Assembly: GCF_001945605.1 (NCBI RefSeq) | Contig: NZ_MPKA01000088.1 | Span: 1-19,879 of the forward strand | DNA length: 19,879 nucleotides | Source: Dubosiella newyorkensis | Lineage (GTDB): Bacteria > Bacillota_I > Bacilli_A > Erysipelotrichales > Erysipelotrichaceae | Direction: 5' to 3' | Shown here: in pieces, positions 6,749 to 18,663 of the stretch | Layout of the letters: every line of letters starts with the position of its first letter | Position numbering within the stretch: the stretch's first letter is position 1 | Notes under the pieces: generated by a model | What the model saw: the letters and a program-made list of their open reading frames with translations, nothing else | Database searches by the model: none | What the model was told of the DNA's origin: nothing | Made by a program: the position numbers and the translations under genes

Positions 6749-6786
6749 GTAATCAAAAGTGTCGAAAATTCGACACTTTTGATTAC
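6749..6786 (-). promoter_or_regulatory. Intercistronic perfect hairpin between precursor gene and radical SAM gene
   Basis: GTAATCAAAAGTGTCG (6749-6764) / AAAATT / CGACACTTTTGATTAC (6771-6786) forms 16 perfect bp. On the mRNA the 5' arm starts in the last codon and stop codon of the precursor ORF. No U-tract follows (AUACAAAUCAGGAGG). Confidence 0.7.
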
Positions 6787-6866
6787 ATGTTAATGTCTCC
6801 GCAACCTATACCACCACCACAACGGCAAGGGGCTTGTAAAATTTTAACTAGCTTTAATTCAAACAT
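6783..6866 (-). CDS. Candidate RiPP precursor peptide, 27 aa: MFELKLVKILQAPCRCGGGIGCGDINM
   Basis: Hand translation of the reverse complement. ATG (6866-6864) is preceded by AAAGGAGA plus an 8-nt spacer. An in-frame TAA lies upstream with no alternative start. The stop is TAA (6785-6783). The gene sits first in the operon, directly upstream of the rSAM/SPASM gene. It is too short for the ORF track. Confidence 0.7.
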   Translation of the reverse strand: MFELKLVKILQAPCRCGGGIGCGDINM

Positions 6867-6891
6867 TATTTTTTCTCCTTTCTGCTTAGAT

Positions 6892-6905
6892 ACTTTTGCA
6901 AAAGT
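6892..6905. promoter_or_regulatory. Perfect 14-bp palindrome ACTTTTGCAAAAGT in the predicted 5' UTR of the precursor operon
   Basis: Read directly from the sequence. It lies between the predicted -10 (6926-6931) and the SD (about 6875-6881). It could be an operator or a small RNA hairpin. Confidence 0.3.
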
Positions 6906-6925
6906 TCTTTATTTAAAGCAATTTT

Positions 6926-6954
6926 ATATTAGAAAATAAATAAAATTCTAACAA
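6926..6954 (-). promoter_or_regulatory. Candidate sigma-A promoter of the precursor-rSAM-ABC operon (TTGTTA-17 nt-TAATAT)
   Basis: Minus strand reads TTGTTA (6954-6949), a 17-nt spacer, then TAATAT (6931-6926). It is about 60 nt upstream of the precursor ATG. Confidence 0.55.
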
Positions 6955-6960
6955 TGGTTT

Positions 6961-6972
6961 ATGTTCGAACAT
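6961..6972. promoter_or_regulatory. Perfect 12-bp palindrome ATGTTCGAACAT, 6 nt upstream of the -35; candidate activator (HTH regulator) box
   Basis: Read directly from the sequence. The position is analogous to PlcR/Rgg-type boxes just upstream of or overlapping the -35. No second copy was noticed in the window. Confidence 0.35.
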
Positions 6973-7088
6973 TATAGGATTAATTATGAGAATGAAATAA
7001 ACAATTTTATGTTTCTTACACGATTGTTCGCTCAATTGACTTGACGTATATGATACGATAGTTGCGATTTAGGATGGGAGGTGTTCTT

Positions 7089-8006
7089 TTGAACAACAAT
7101 AAAGTCTACTCTGGACTCGTATACCTTCCTAAAAGAAGGGCGAGCGAAAAAATCATAGATGGCTGTCTCGTGTTAGAGGGCGGGGCGTTTCGAGGCTTGT
7201 ACACGGCTGGTGTTCTGGACGCGTTGATGGAGGCGGGATTGAACTTTCAGACGACGATCGGAACTTCGGCTGGAGCGATGAATGGAATGAATTATGTTTC
7301 TGGGCAAATTGGACGATCCGCCCGATTGAATCTTGAATATCGGCACGATCCAAGATATGTGGGATCCAAAGCTTTGTTGCAGGAAGGCGGTGTTGTTGGA
7401 TTCAATTTCGCTTTCACGGATTTTAATGAAGAAGACCCGTTTGATGAAGAGCGGTTCATAGATCCTTCTAGACGGTTTGTGGCGGTGGCGACCAATATTG
7501 AAACAGGACAAGCGGAATTTTTAGAAAAAGGAGAGGTCGAAGATATTTATAAGGCGGTCCAAGCTTCGGCTTCGATGCCTGTTTTTTCAAGAGCGGTCCA
7601 AATTGGAGAGCACTCGTATCTGGATGGGGGCTGCGCCAATAAGATCCCGTTTCAGTGGGCGATCGATCAAGGCTTTGAGCATGTTGTCGTGATCAAGACG
7701 AATCCCGACTTTTTTAGAAAGCCGCCAATGAGCGATAAAGAAAAGAAGGCGTTTCATACGGTGTTCTATAATCATCCTGAATTTTGCGAATCGTATGCGC
7801 GAAGCAACGAAGCCTACAATGAGCAATGCGATGAGATCGCTAGGCTGCATCGTCGCAAACGCTTGTTTTCGATCGCGCCAAGCGAGCATATCGAAGTCTC
7901 TCGTTTGGAAAAAGATATCGAAAAGCTTGGAAAGCTCTATTATTTAGGCTATCACGATGGACGAAAAGCCATTCCTGCTCTCAAAGAGTATTTAGGAATC
8001 GAATAA
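7089..8006 (+). CDS. Patatin-like phospholipase family protein
   Basis: Oxyanion motif GGAFRG, nucleophile GTSAGA (GxSxG) and the catalytic Asp in YLDGG are present. The start is placed at TTG 7089 because GGAGG (7077-7081) lies 7 nt upstream. ATG 7074 and TTG 7062 (the track start) are alternatives without an SD. Confidence 0.8.
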   Translation: MNNNKVYSGLVYLPKRRASEKIIDGCLVLEGGAFRGLYTAGVLDALMEAGLNFQTTIGTSAGAMNGMNYVSGQIGRSARLNLEYRHDPRYVGSKALLQEGGVVGFNFAFTDFNEEDPFDEERFIDPSRRFVAVATNIETGQAEFLEKGEVEDIYKAVQASASMPVFSRAVQIGEHSYLDGGCANKIPFQWAIDQGFEHVVVIKTNPDFFRKPPMSDKEKKAFHTVFYNHPEFCESYARSNEAYNEQCDEIARLHRRKRLFSIAPSEHIEVSRLEKDIEKLGKLYYLGYHDGRKAIPALKEYLGIE

Positions 8007-8008
8007 AA

Positions 8009-8033
8009 AGACACCTGCGTGGTGTCTTTTTTT
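8009..8033 (+). terminator. Rho-independent terminator after patatin-like gene
   Basis: AGACACC-TGCGT-GGTGTCT followed by TTTTTTT. An A-run precedes it, so it may work in both directions. Confidence 0.75.
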
Positions 8034-8078
8034 GTTGGACTCGACAAAACTAGACATTTTTTTGTCTAGTCACTCGAC

Positions 8079-8106
8079 AAAAAACACGAAGACTTGTTCC
8101 TCGTGT
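8079..8106 (-). terminator. Rho-independent terminator after nitroreductase gene
   Basis: Minus strand reads ACACGAGG-AACAAGT-CTTCGTGT (one A/C mismatch) followed by TTTTTTG. It starts 3 nt after the stop codon. Confidence 0.6.
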
Positions 8107-8108
8107 TT

Positions 8109-8777
8109 TTAATAGATCCATTTAAAATTGTCTTTGCCCGCTCCAAGTTCAAAAAAGTAGCGGACGATTCCTTGATCGGCTAAAGAAAAGGCGGCTTCTT
8201 TGGTATGGATGGAAACTTCATCGCCTTTGCCTTGTAAAAAGAAGTTTTGCTTGTTCAAAGCCGTTGGAGCAAGAAGTGCCGCGTCGACACCTTTCCGGAA
8301 CCAATCGGGCTCTTTTCCTTCATAGAGGCTGACTTCTCTGCTGTTTTTGGAAGGATGCGGCTTACCAGAGGTTTCGCCATACCCAAAGACGAGGATCCCG
8401 ATCACATGGTCGGCTTGCGCTTGCGTTTTGACTTTTTTGTGGTTCCATGTTCCACCGATCCACCAGGTGTTCAAGCCTAATGTCTGGGCGTAAAGCATAA
8501 GGTCGGCGCTGGCTTCGCCAATATTCTCATCGGCTCGAATGCGATCATCCGAAGCCAAGATCATATAATTGGTCGCGTTTTTGGCGATCACATAGCGAAG
8601 AGGCAAGAACAAGCCATCCTTTTGGTCGCATTTGAGACTGATTTTTGTGTTGTATGTTTGATTCACTTGTTCGATCCGTTTTGAAAGCTTGTCTAAGATT
8701 GGCTGGGGAATCGCTTTCTTTTTATATTGACGAACGGTATGGCGCGTATAGATCGCTTCCTTCATTGATAAACTCAT
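8109..8777 (-). CDS. Nitroreductase family protein
   Basis: 222-aa ORF. The N-terminus EAIYTRHTVRQYKKKAIPQPILDKL is typical of the NADH/FMN nitroreductase fold family. The SD GAGGTG lies upstream. Confidence 0.75.
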   Translation of the reverse strand: MSLSMKEAIYTRHTVRQYKKKAIPQPILDKLSKRIEQVNQTYNTKISLKCDQKDGLFLPLRYVIAKNATNYMILASDDRIRADENIGEASADLMLYAQTLGLNTWWIGGTWNHKKVKTQAQADHVIGILVFGYGETSGKPHPSKNSREVSLYEGKEPDWFRKGVDAALLAPTALNKQNFFLQGKGDEVSIHTKEAAFSLADQGIVRYFFELGAGKDNFKWIY

Positions 8778-8825
8778 TGTGTTTTCACCTCAAACTTAGT
8801 GTAACACAAAAAAGAAACGATAGAA

Positions 8826-9278
8826 TCAATAGAATGAACCTCTATATCGAGAAGCGCCAAAACCTAAGATCATGATGAAGATCGGGTTCAAAAAGATCAA
8901 ACCAAGCGCGAACAAAAAGTCATATCCAAAAGAGAGCGCCAAATTATACCACATGTAGGCGAGCACGAGCATCGAAAGGATCGAAAGGATCCAGCTGAAA
9001 GCACCCAACCAAAACAGAAGCGCAAAACCGGACAGCCAAGAACAAAGCCCGCCCATCAAGCCCAAAACGGCCCACACTAAAAAGTAGCTTGGCTTACCTG
9101 CGATCTGAAAACAAATATAGAGATTATAGATCGGAATGATCGCTTTCCATCCTTGCTCTCCCGCCTTTTCAAACGTTTGATACAATCCAAGAACGAGCAG
9201 GACATACCAGATAAAGCTAAATACGCCATAAAAGTTGTTCCATGGCAAAGAAGTAAAGATATTTAAGAATATAGACAT
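8826..9278 (-). CDS. Small polytopic membrane protein (DUF5684-like)
   Basis: The motif GEQGWKAIIPIYNLYICFQIAGKP sits within a multi-TM protein. The start is moved to the second ATG (9278) because GGAGGAG lies 5-6 nt upstream. The track ORF starts at 9305. Confidence 0.6.
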   Translation of the reverse strand: MSIFLNIFTSLPWNNFYGVFSFIWYVLLVLGLYQTFEKAGEQGWKAIIPIYNLYICFQIAGKPSYFLVWAVLGLMGGLCSWLSGFALLFWLGAFSWILSILSMLVLAYMWYNLALSFGYDFLFALGLIFLNPIFIMILGFGASRYRGSFY

Positions 9279-9440
9279 TGAATCTCCTCCATTTCGTATA
9301 TCCATAGTATACTATCCCGTTAGAGGATCGAGTGCGAATAGTGCAACATAAAAAATGTAAAATGACACAAATGTAAGCCCACTGTAAGCTCGCTTCCTCC
9401 TCTTTTTTTAGATAATAAAGAAAAAAGGAGAAGCATGTTT

Positions 9441-9782
9441 ATGAAACGAATCATAGATTTAATAGGTTTATTTTTATTGCTGTTGGTGCTAAGCGGATGC
9501 GCGCCAAGCCAAGCGTGGTATACAAAAGTAGACGCCTCGCAAGCCAAGCTCAACGAAGACCATGGCGTCTTCGATTTTTCAGGAAACGGAAATCTTAAGT
9601 ACAGCTATACGCTTTTATGCATCAATGAAAAAGGCGAAGAAAAAGAAATCACATTTGGATCCGACACCTATCTTAAAGATGGAACGCTATTGGCCCTTGA
9701 AGTAAAGCCATTTCGAGGCGTTCTTTCCTGGGAAGAAATTCCCATCACCGACGTGCCCTATTCAATTCGAAAAAAACTATAG
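9441..9782 (+). CDS. YxeA/DUF1093-like lipoprotein
   Basis: The signal peptide has a lipobox (LLLLVLSGC). The body resembles YxeA-family proteins (YSYTL...NEKGEEKEITF...LKDGTLLALEVK...SWEEI). ATG 9441 is preferred over 9435 on SD spacing (AAGGAGA). Confidence 0.65.
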   Translation: MKRIIDLIGLFLLLLVLSGCAPSQAWYTKVDASQAKLNEDHGVFDFSGNGNLKYSYTLLCINEKGEEKEITFGSDTYLKDGTLLALEVKPFRGVLSWEEIPITDVPYSIRKKL

Positions 9783-9842
9783 AAACTATAATTCCTTTGT
9801 GTTAGAATAGGACGGACAAAAGGGAAGATTCTCTTTTTTTAG

Positions 9843-10751
<909 letters not shown>

Positions 10752-10767
10752 AGAGGAATATATATAT

Positions 10768-12036
10768 ATGAAATGCATAAAAAATGGAACCATCCTCATT
10801 GATGGAGAACTTCAAAAAGTCGATCTGCTCTTCGATGAAACGATCCAAAAGATCGGAACGGATCTTGACACTTCCAATTGTGAAGAAGTGATCGACGCTA
10901 CGAATCTGACCGTATTGCCAGGCCTTGTCGATGTCCATGTCCACTTGCGCGAACCAGGACATAGCGAAAAAGAAACGATCAAGACCGGAACGAGAGCTGC
11001 AGCCGCTGGAGGATTCACGACGATCTTTGCGATGCCCAACGTCCTGCCATTTCCAAGCAGCGAAGAAGTCATGAAAGACTACCTCGATCTGATCCAAAAA
11101 GAAGCGATCGTGCACGTCTATCCATTTGCGACCATCACCAAAAATGAAGCTGGACAAGAAATTGTCGATTACGCTTCCCTTAAAAAACTAGGAATCGAAT
11201 GGTTTTCCGACGACGGGGTTGGCGTAGCCAGCAAAGAAATCATGAAAGAAGCGATGCTTTCTGCCAAAGAAAACGATGTCCTCTTCTCATGCCATACCGA
11301 AGACATGAACTATCGGGCTCCTAACGCCTCCGTGCACGCCTCCAAGATCAACGAAGAAAAAGGCTGGATCGGCATTCCTTCCGCTTGCGAAAGCGAACAG
11401 CTCATCCGCGACCTCGAACTCGTTCAAGACATTGGAAACCGCTATCACGCCTGCCACATCTCGGCCAAAGAAAGCGTCAAAGCCCTTCAAAAAGCTAAAG
11501 ACCAAGGCTTGGACGTCTCCGGTGAAGTAACAGCCCATCATCTCCTCTTAGAAGACAAAGATGTGCAGGGGCCCAACTGGAAAATGAATCCGCCCCTTAG
11601 AAGCCATGAAGATCGAATGGCCCTCATCCAAAGCTTGGAAAGCGGAGTTCTCGATCTGATCGCCAACGACCACGCGCCTCATACAGCCGAAGAAAAAGCA
11701 AGAAGCATGGAAAAAGCGCCATTCGGGATCGTATCCTTAGAAACAAGCTTCCCGCTTCTTTATACGGAATTTGTATGGAAACAAAAACGATGGACATTAG
11801 CTCAACTTGTCAACTGGATGTCCACCACCCCTGCCTATCGATTCGGCTTATTCGATCGAGGTGAAATCAAAGAAGGCAAAAAAGCCGACTTGATCCTTGT
11901 AGATCTCGAACACGAAACAAAGATCGACGCCTCAAAATTCGAATCGATGGGAAAAAACACACCCTTTGACCAACAAAAGGTGCACGCCCAAATAGTAGAA
12001 ACGTATGTCGATGGACAACGAGTTTGGAAAGGATAA
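10768..12036 (+). CDS. pyrC: Dihydroorotase
   Basis: 422 aa with the VDVHVHLREPG metal-binding motif. Operon context supports the call. Confidence 0.9.
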   Translation: MKCIKNGTILIDGELQKVDLLFDETIQKIGTDLDTSNCEEVIDATNLTVLPGLVDVHVHLREPGHSEKETIKTGTRAAAAGGFTTIFAMPNVLPFPSSEEVMKDYLDLIQKEAIVHVYPFATITKNEAGQEIVDYASLKKLGIEWFSDDGVGVASKEIMKEAMLSAKENDVLFSCHTEDMNYRAPNASVHASKINEEKGWIGIPSACESEQLIRDLELVQDIGNRYHACHISAKESVKALQKAKDQGLDVSGEVTAHHLLLEDKDVQGPNWKMNPPLRSHEDRMALIQSLESGVLDLIANDHAPHTAEEKARSMEKAPFGIVSLETSFPLLYTEFVWKQKRWTLAQLVNWMSTTPAYRFGLFDRGEIKEGKKADLILVDLEHETKIDASKFESMGKNTPFDQQKVHAQIVETYVDGQRVWKG

Positions 12037-12040
12037 AAAA

Positions 12041-13123
12041 ATGAAAGAAAGACTGCTGATCTTAGAAGATGGAAGTGTGTATAAAGGAAAAGCGTTTGGA
12101 AGCGACAACTTTCAAATCGGAGAACTTGTCTTCAATACCTCGATGACAGGCTATCAAGAAATCTTGACCGACAATTCATATTGCGGACAAATCGTCATGA
12201 TGACCTATCCGCTCATTGGAAACTATGGAATCAACCGCGACGATTACGAAAGCATCGTGCCAGCCGTCTTCGGCTTTGTCGTAAAAGACTATTGCGACGC
12301 TCCAAGCAATTGGCGCGCTCAAGAAACGCTCAACGACTTTTTGGTCCGCGAAAACATCCCCGGCATCTATGGGATCGATACTCGCGCCATCACCCGCAAA
12401 TTGCGTGATCAAGGCGTCATGAAAGCCACGATGGCCGATCCAGACGCCAACATCGAAGAAATCGTCAAACAACTCAAAGAAACAGACTATTTGCACGACC
12501 AAGTCAAACGAGTTGCCTCCGACAAGATCTTCCCGATCCCGAATCGAGGAAAAAAAGTCGTCCTCATGGACTTTGGCGCAAAACTTGGCATCGTGCGCGA
12601 ACTCTCGAAACGCGGCTGCGATCTGATCGTCGTTCCTTGGAACACGCCAGCCGAAAAGATCCTCTCATACCATGCCGATGGCGTCATGCTCACCAATGGA
12701 CCAGGCAACCCAGAAGATCTTCCAGAAACGATCGAAACGATCCGCCAGCTCATTCCGCATACTGTCGTCTTTGGCATCTGCCTAGGCCATCAGCTCATCT
12801 CTCTGGCCTGCGGAGCCAAGACATACAAGCTTAAATTCGGCCACCGCGGCGGAAACCATCCAGTAATCGATCTAGCGACAGGAAAAGTCCAGATCACCTC
12901 GCAAAACCATGGCTACGCCGTCGACATCGATTCGCTCGAAAACACACCACTCGAACTAAGCCACCAAGCGCTCAACGATAAAAGCTGCGAAGGTGTGCGC
13001 CATACCCAATACCCTTGCTTTTCTGTCCAGTTCCACCCAGAAGCGAGCGCCGGACCAGAAGACGCAAGAGACTTATTCGATGAATTTATCAATATGATGG
13101 ACAAGGAGGGACACCATGCCTAA
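12041..13123 (+). CDS. carA: Carbamoyl-phosphate synthase small (glutaminase) subunit
   Basis: The start is moved to ATG 12041 ([16 protein letters not shown]), just after the pyrC stop and with GGAAAGGA upstream. The GATase active site is GICLGHQL. Its end overlaps the carB start by 8 nt. Confidence 0.9.
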   Translation: MKERLLILEDGSVYKGKAFGSDNFQIGELVFNTSMTGYQEILTDNSYCGQIVMMTYPLIGNYGINRDDYESIVPAVFGFVVKDYCDAPSNWRAQETLNDFLVRENIPGIYGIDTRAITRKLRDQGVMKATMADPDANIEEIVKQLKETDYLHDQVKRVASDKIFPIPNRGKKVVLMDFGAKLGIVRELSKRGCDLIVVPWNTPAEKILSYHADGVMLTNGPGNPEDLPETIETIRQLIPHTVVFGICLGHQLISLACGAKTYKLKFGHRGGNHPVIDLATGKVQITSQNHGYAVDIDSLENTPLELSHQALNDKSCEGVRHTQYPCFSVQFHPEASAGPEDARDLFDEFINMMDKEGHHA

Positions 13124-16100
13124 AAGAGAAGACATCCATAAGATCCTTGTGATCGGCTCCGGTCCGATCGTCATTGGACAAGCTGCCGAATTCGACTATG
13201 CCGGCAGCCAAGCGTGCCAGTCGCTACGCGAAGAAGGCTACGAAGTCATTTTGATCAACTCGAACCCAGCGACGATCATGACCGATACGACGATCGCCGA
13301 CCGCGTCTATATCGAACCGATCACGCTCGACTTCGCAAAACGAGTCATCTATAAAGAACGCCCCGACGCGATCTTAGGCTCGTTAGGCGGACAAACAGGA
13401 CTCAACTTAGTCGTCGACCTGCATGAAGACGGGATCTTAGACGAGTTTGGCGTTGAAATTTTAGGAACCGACCTGCAAGCGATCAACCGCGCCGAAGACC
13501 GCGAACTCTTTCGAGCCCTCATGCAAGAAATCGAAGAACCGGTGCCTGAAAGTACGATCGTCCATACGGTCGAAGAAGCCGTTCAATTTTGCCAAAAACT
13601 CGGATATCCAGTCGTCGTGCGCCCAGCCTACACACTAGGAGGAACGGGTGGCGGATTTGCCGACAATGAAAAAGAATTGCGTGAAATTTGCGAAGCGGGC
13701 CTCAAAATCTCGCCCGTCCATCAATGCTTGATCGAGCAAAGCATCGCCGGCTATAAAGAAATCGAATACGAAGTGATGCGCGACGCCAACAACAACGCCA
13801 TCGTCGTCTGCAACATGGAAAATGTCGATCCTGTCGGCATCCATACGGGCGATAGCATCGTCGTGGCTCCTGTGCAAACGCTCACCGACCACGAAAATCA
13901 AATGCTTCGTTCCGCCTCGCTCAAGATCATCCGCGCCCTTAAGATCTGCGGGGGATGCAACGTGCAGCTCGCTCTCGATCCAAAGAGCTTCAAATACTAT
14001 GTGATCGAAGTCAATCCACGCGTATCCCGCTCTTCAGCCCTCGCCTCCAAAGCGACAGGCTATCCGATCGCCAAAATTTCCGCGAAACTCGCGGTTGGAT
14101 TGACGCTCGATGAGATCCTCAACCCGATCACGAAAACGAGCTACGCGTGCTTCGAGCCCGCCATCGATTATGTCGTCAGCAAATTCGCCCGCTTCCCATT
14201 CGACAAGTTCCCGAACGCCGACCGCCATTTAGGCACGCAAATGAAGGCGACAGGCGAAGTGATGTCGATTGGAAGAACGATGGAAGAATCTCTTTTGAAG
14301 GCGGTACGATCCTTAGAAATGAAAGTCGACCACCTAGAAAAGAAAGAAATGCTCGACTTATCCGATGAAGAGCTTTTAGAAGAAATCAAAAAGTCCGACG
14401 ACACCCGCATTTTCGCGATCGCCCAGTGGTTGCGCAATGGAAACAGCGCCGAAACGATCCATGAAATCACAAAAATGGATCCATTTTTCTTGGCCCATAT
14501 CCAACGTATCATCGATCTTGAACAACAACTCAAAGAAAATCAAAACGACATCGCTCTGCTCAAAGAAGCCAAGACCTATGGCTTTTCCGATAGCTATATC
14601 GCGCGCATCTGGAATACGACCCCAAAAGCGATCTACGATCTACGTAAACAAAACCACATTATTCCTGTCTATAAAATGGTCGATACATGCGCAGGTGAAT
14701 TCAAGAGCGCCACGCCATATTTCTATTCGACGTACGAAGAAGAAAACGAATCGATCCCATCGGATAAGAAGAAGATCGTCGTTCTTGGCTCGGGACCGAT
14801 CCGAATTGGACAAGGTGTCGAATTCGACTACGCGACCGTCCATTGTGTAGAGACGCTAAGAAACGAAGGCTATGAAGCGATTATCATCAACAACAACCCA
14901 GAAACAGTCTCGACCGACTTTTCGATCTCCGATAAACTTTATTTCGAGCCATTGACGACCGAAGATGTGATGCACGTCATCGAATTGGAAAAACCGCTTG
15001 GCGTGATCGTGCAATTTGGCGGACAGACCGCCATCAACTTGGCCGATTCGCTCGTCGAACATGGAGTAAAGATTTTAGGAACTTCTTTGGAAGATATCGA
15101 CCGCGCCGAAGACCGCCACGAATTCGAAGAAATGCTGCATAAACTCGATATTCCGCAGCCAAAAGGCGAAACCGCGACCACCGTGGAAGAAGCGCTCGTG
15201 ATCGCCAACAAGATCGGCTATCCAGTCCTTGTACGTCCTAGCTACGTGCTTGGAGGCAGGGCGATGGAAATCGTGCATAACGATGACGACTTAAAAGTAT
15301 ACATGGCCACAGCCGTCCAAGAAATCTCGCATGACGCGCCTATCCTTGTCGACAAATATATTGTCGGAAAAGAGCTCGAAATCGACGCGATCGCGGATGG
15401 AGAAAACGTCTATATTCCTGGGGTCATGGAACATATCGAACGGGCTGGCGTCCATTCTGGCGACTCGATCTCCGTCTATCCGACCCAGACGATCTCGCAA
15501 AAAGCCAAAGATACGATCATAGACTATGGAGAACGGATCGGAAGAGGCTTCCATTTTATCGGACTGTATAATATTCAATTTATTGTCGATAAGGACGATA
15601 AAGTCTATGTGCTTGAAGTCAATCCGCGCTCTTCAAGAACGGTGCCATTCCTTTCCAAGATCACTGGCGTGCCAATGGCGAGTATCGCGACCAAGGCGAT
15701 CATGGGCGAAACGCTGATCGATCAAGGCATCACGCCAGGCTATTTGCCAGACGATCCAAATCGGGTCTTTGTCAAAGCGCCAGTCTTCTCGTTCGCCAAA
15801 TTGCGTGGAGTCGATACGGTGCTCGGCCCAGAAATGAAATCGACAGGCGAGGCGCTTGGCTCGGATATTTCGCTTGAAAAAGCGCTCTACAAAGCGCTTG
15901 TGGCAAGCGGCATCCAAGTTCCGACGCATGGCAATGTGCTGCTTACGATCGCGGACGAAGACAAAGAAGACGCGCTCTCTTTAGCGAAGCGTTTTGCGAG
16001 CATTGGCTATGGCTTGTACGCCACGAAAGGAACGGCTCAATTTTTGCGCGATCATGGCTTGTTCGTCCATGAAGTCGACAAGATCGAAGAGGGCTCCGAC

Positions 16101-16322
16101 AATAGCGTGGTCGACATCATTCGTGAGGGCAAAGTCAACTTCGTGATCAATACGATGTCGCAAAAAAATAAAAACTCAAGAGCCGATGGCTTTTTGATCC
16201 GCCGTGTTTCGGCTGAAAACAGCATTTCATGCATGACTTCGCTCGATACGGCCGCGATTCTTTTGAAAGTGCTCGAGTCGTTGAGCTTCTCGATGGTCTC
16301 GATGAATGAAATGGGAAAATAA
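13116..16322 (+). CDS. carB: Carbamoyl-phosphate synthase large subunit
   Basis: 1068 aa with duplicated ATP-grasp halves ([21 protein letters not shown] and [18 protein letters not shown]). Confidence 0.95.
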   Translation: MPKREDIHKILVIGSGPIVIGQAAEFDYAGSQACQSLREEGYEVILINSNPATIMTDTTIADRVYIEPITLDFAKRVIYKERPDAILGSLGGQTGLNLVVDLHEDGILDEFGVEILGTDLQAINRAEDRELFRALMQEIEEPVPESTIVHTVEEAVQFCQKLGYPVVVRPAYTLGGTGGGFADNEKELREICEAGLKISPVHQCLIEQSIAGYKEIEYEVMRDANNNAIVVCNMENVDPVGIHTGDSIVVAPVQTLTDHENQMLRSASLKIIRALKICGGCNVQLALDPKSFKYYVIEVNPRVSRSSALASKATGYPIAKISAKLAVGLTLDEILNPITKTSYACFEPAIDYVVSKFARFPFDKFPNADRHLGTQMKATGEVMSIGRTMEESLLKAVRSLEMKVDHLEKKEMLDLSDEELLEEIKKSDDTRIFAIAQWLRNGNSAETIHEITKMDPFFLAHIQRIIDLEQQLKENQNDIALLKEAKTYGFSDSYIARIWNTTPKAIYDLRKQNHIIPVYKMVDTCAGEFKSATPYFYSTYEEENESIPSDKKKIVVLGSGPIRIGQGVEFDYATVHCVETLRNEGYEAIIINNNPETVSTDFSISDKLYFEPLTTEDVMHVIELEKPLGVIVQFGGQTAINLADSLVEHGVKILGTSLEDIDRAEDRHEFEEMLHKLDIPQPKGETATTVEEALVIANKIGYPVLVRPSYVLGGRAMEIVHNDDDLKVYMATAVQEISHDAPILVDKYIVGKELEIDAIADGENVYIPGVMEHIERAGVHSGDSISVYPTQTISQKAKDTIIDYGERIGRGFHFIGLYNIQFIVDKDDKVYVLEVNPRSSRTVPFLSKITGVPMASIATKAIMGETLIDQGITPGYLPDDPNRVFVKAPVFSFAKLRGVDTVLGPEMKSTGEALGSDISLEKALYKALVASGIQVPTHGNVLLTIADEDKEDALSLAKRFASIGYGLYATKGTAQFLRDHGLFVHEVDKIEEGSDNSVVDIIREGKVNFVINTMSQKNKNSRADGFLIRRVSAENSISCMTSLDTAAILLKVLESLSFSMVSMNEMGK

Positions 16323-16323
16323 A

Positions 16324-18663
<2,340 letters not shown>

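Noticed and set aside
6913-6972. 19-aa minus-strand ORF MFEHKPLLEFYLFSNIKLL that starts, like the precursor, with MFE
   Set aside because: It has no SD. Its ATG is part of the ATGTTCGAACAT palindrome and the ORF runs through the predicted -35/-10, so it is most likely coincidental.
9320-9553. 77-aa minus-strand ORF overlapping the start of the lipoprotein gene
   Set aside because: It overlaps the divergent promoter region and the YxeA-like gene. It has no SD and no recognisable features, so it is probably spurious.
9800-9838. AGAAT...ATTCT pairing followed by a T7 run upstream of pyrB, considered as a PyrR-type attenuator terminator
   Set aside because: The stem is only 5 bp with a 19-nt loop, and no UCCAGAGAGG-like PyrR loop is present. 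This is too weak to call a terminator.
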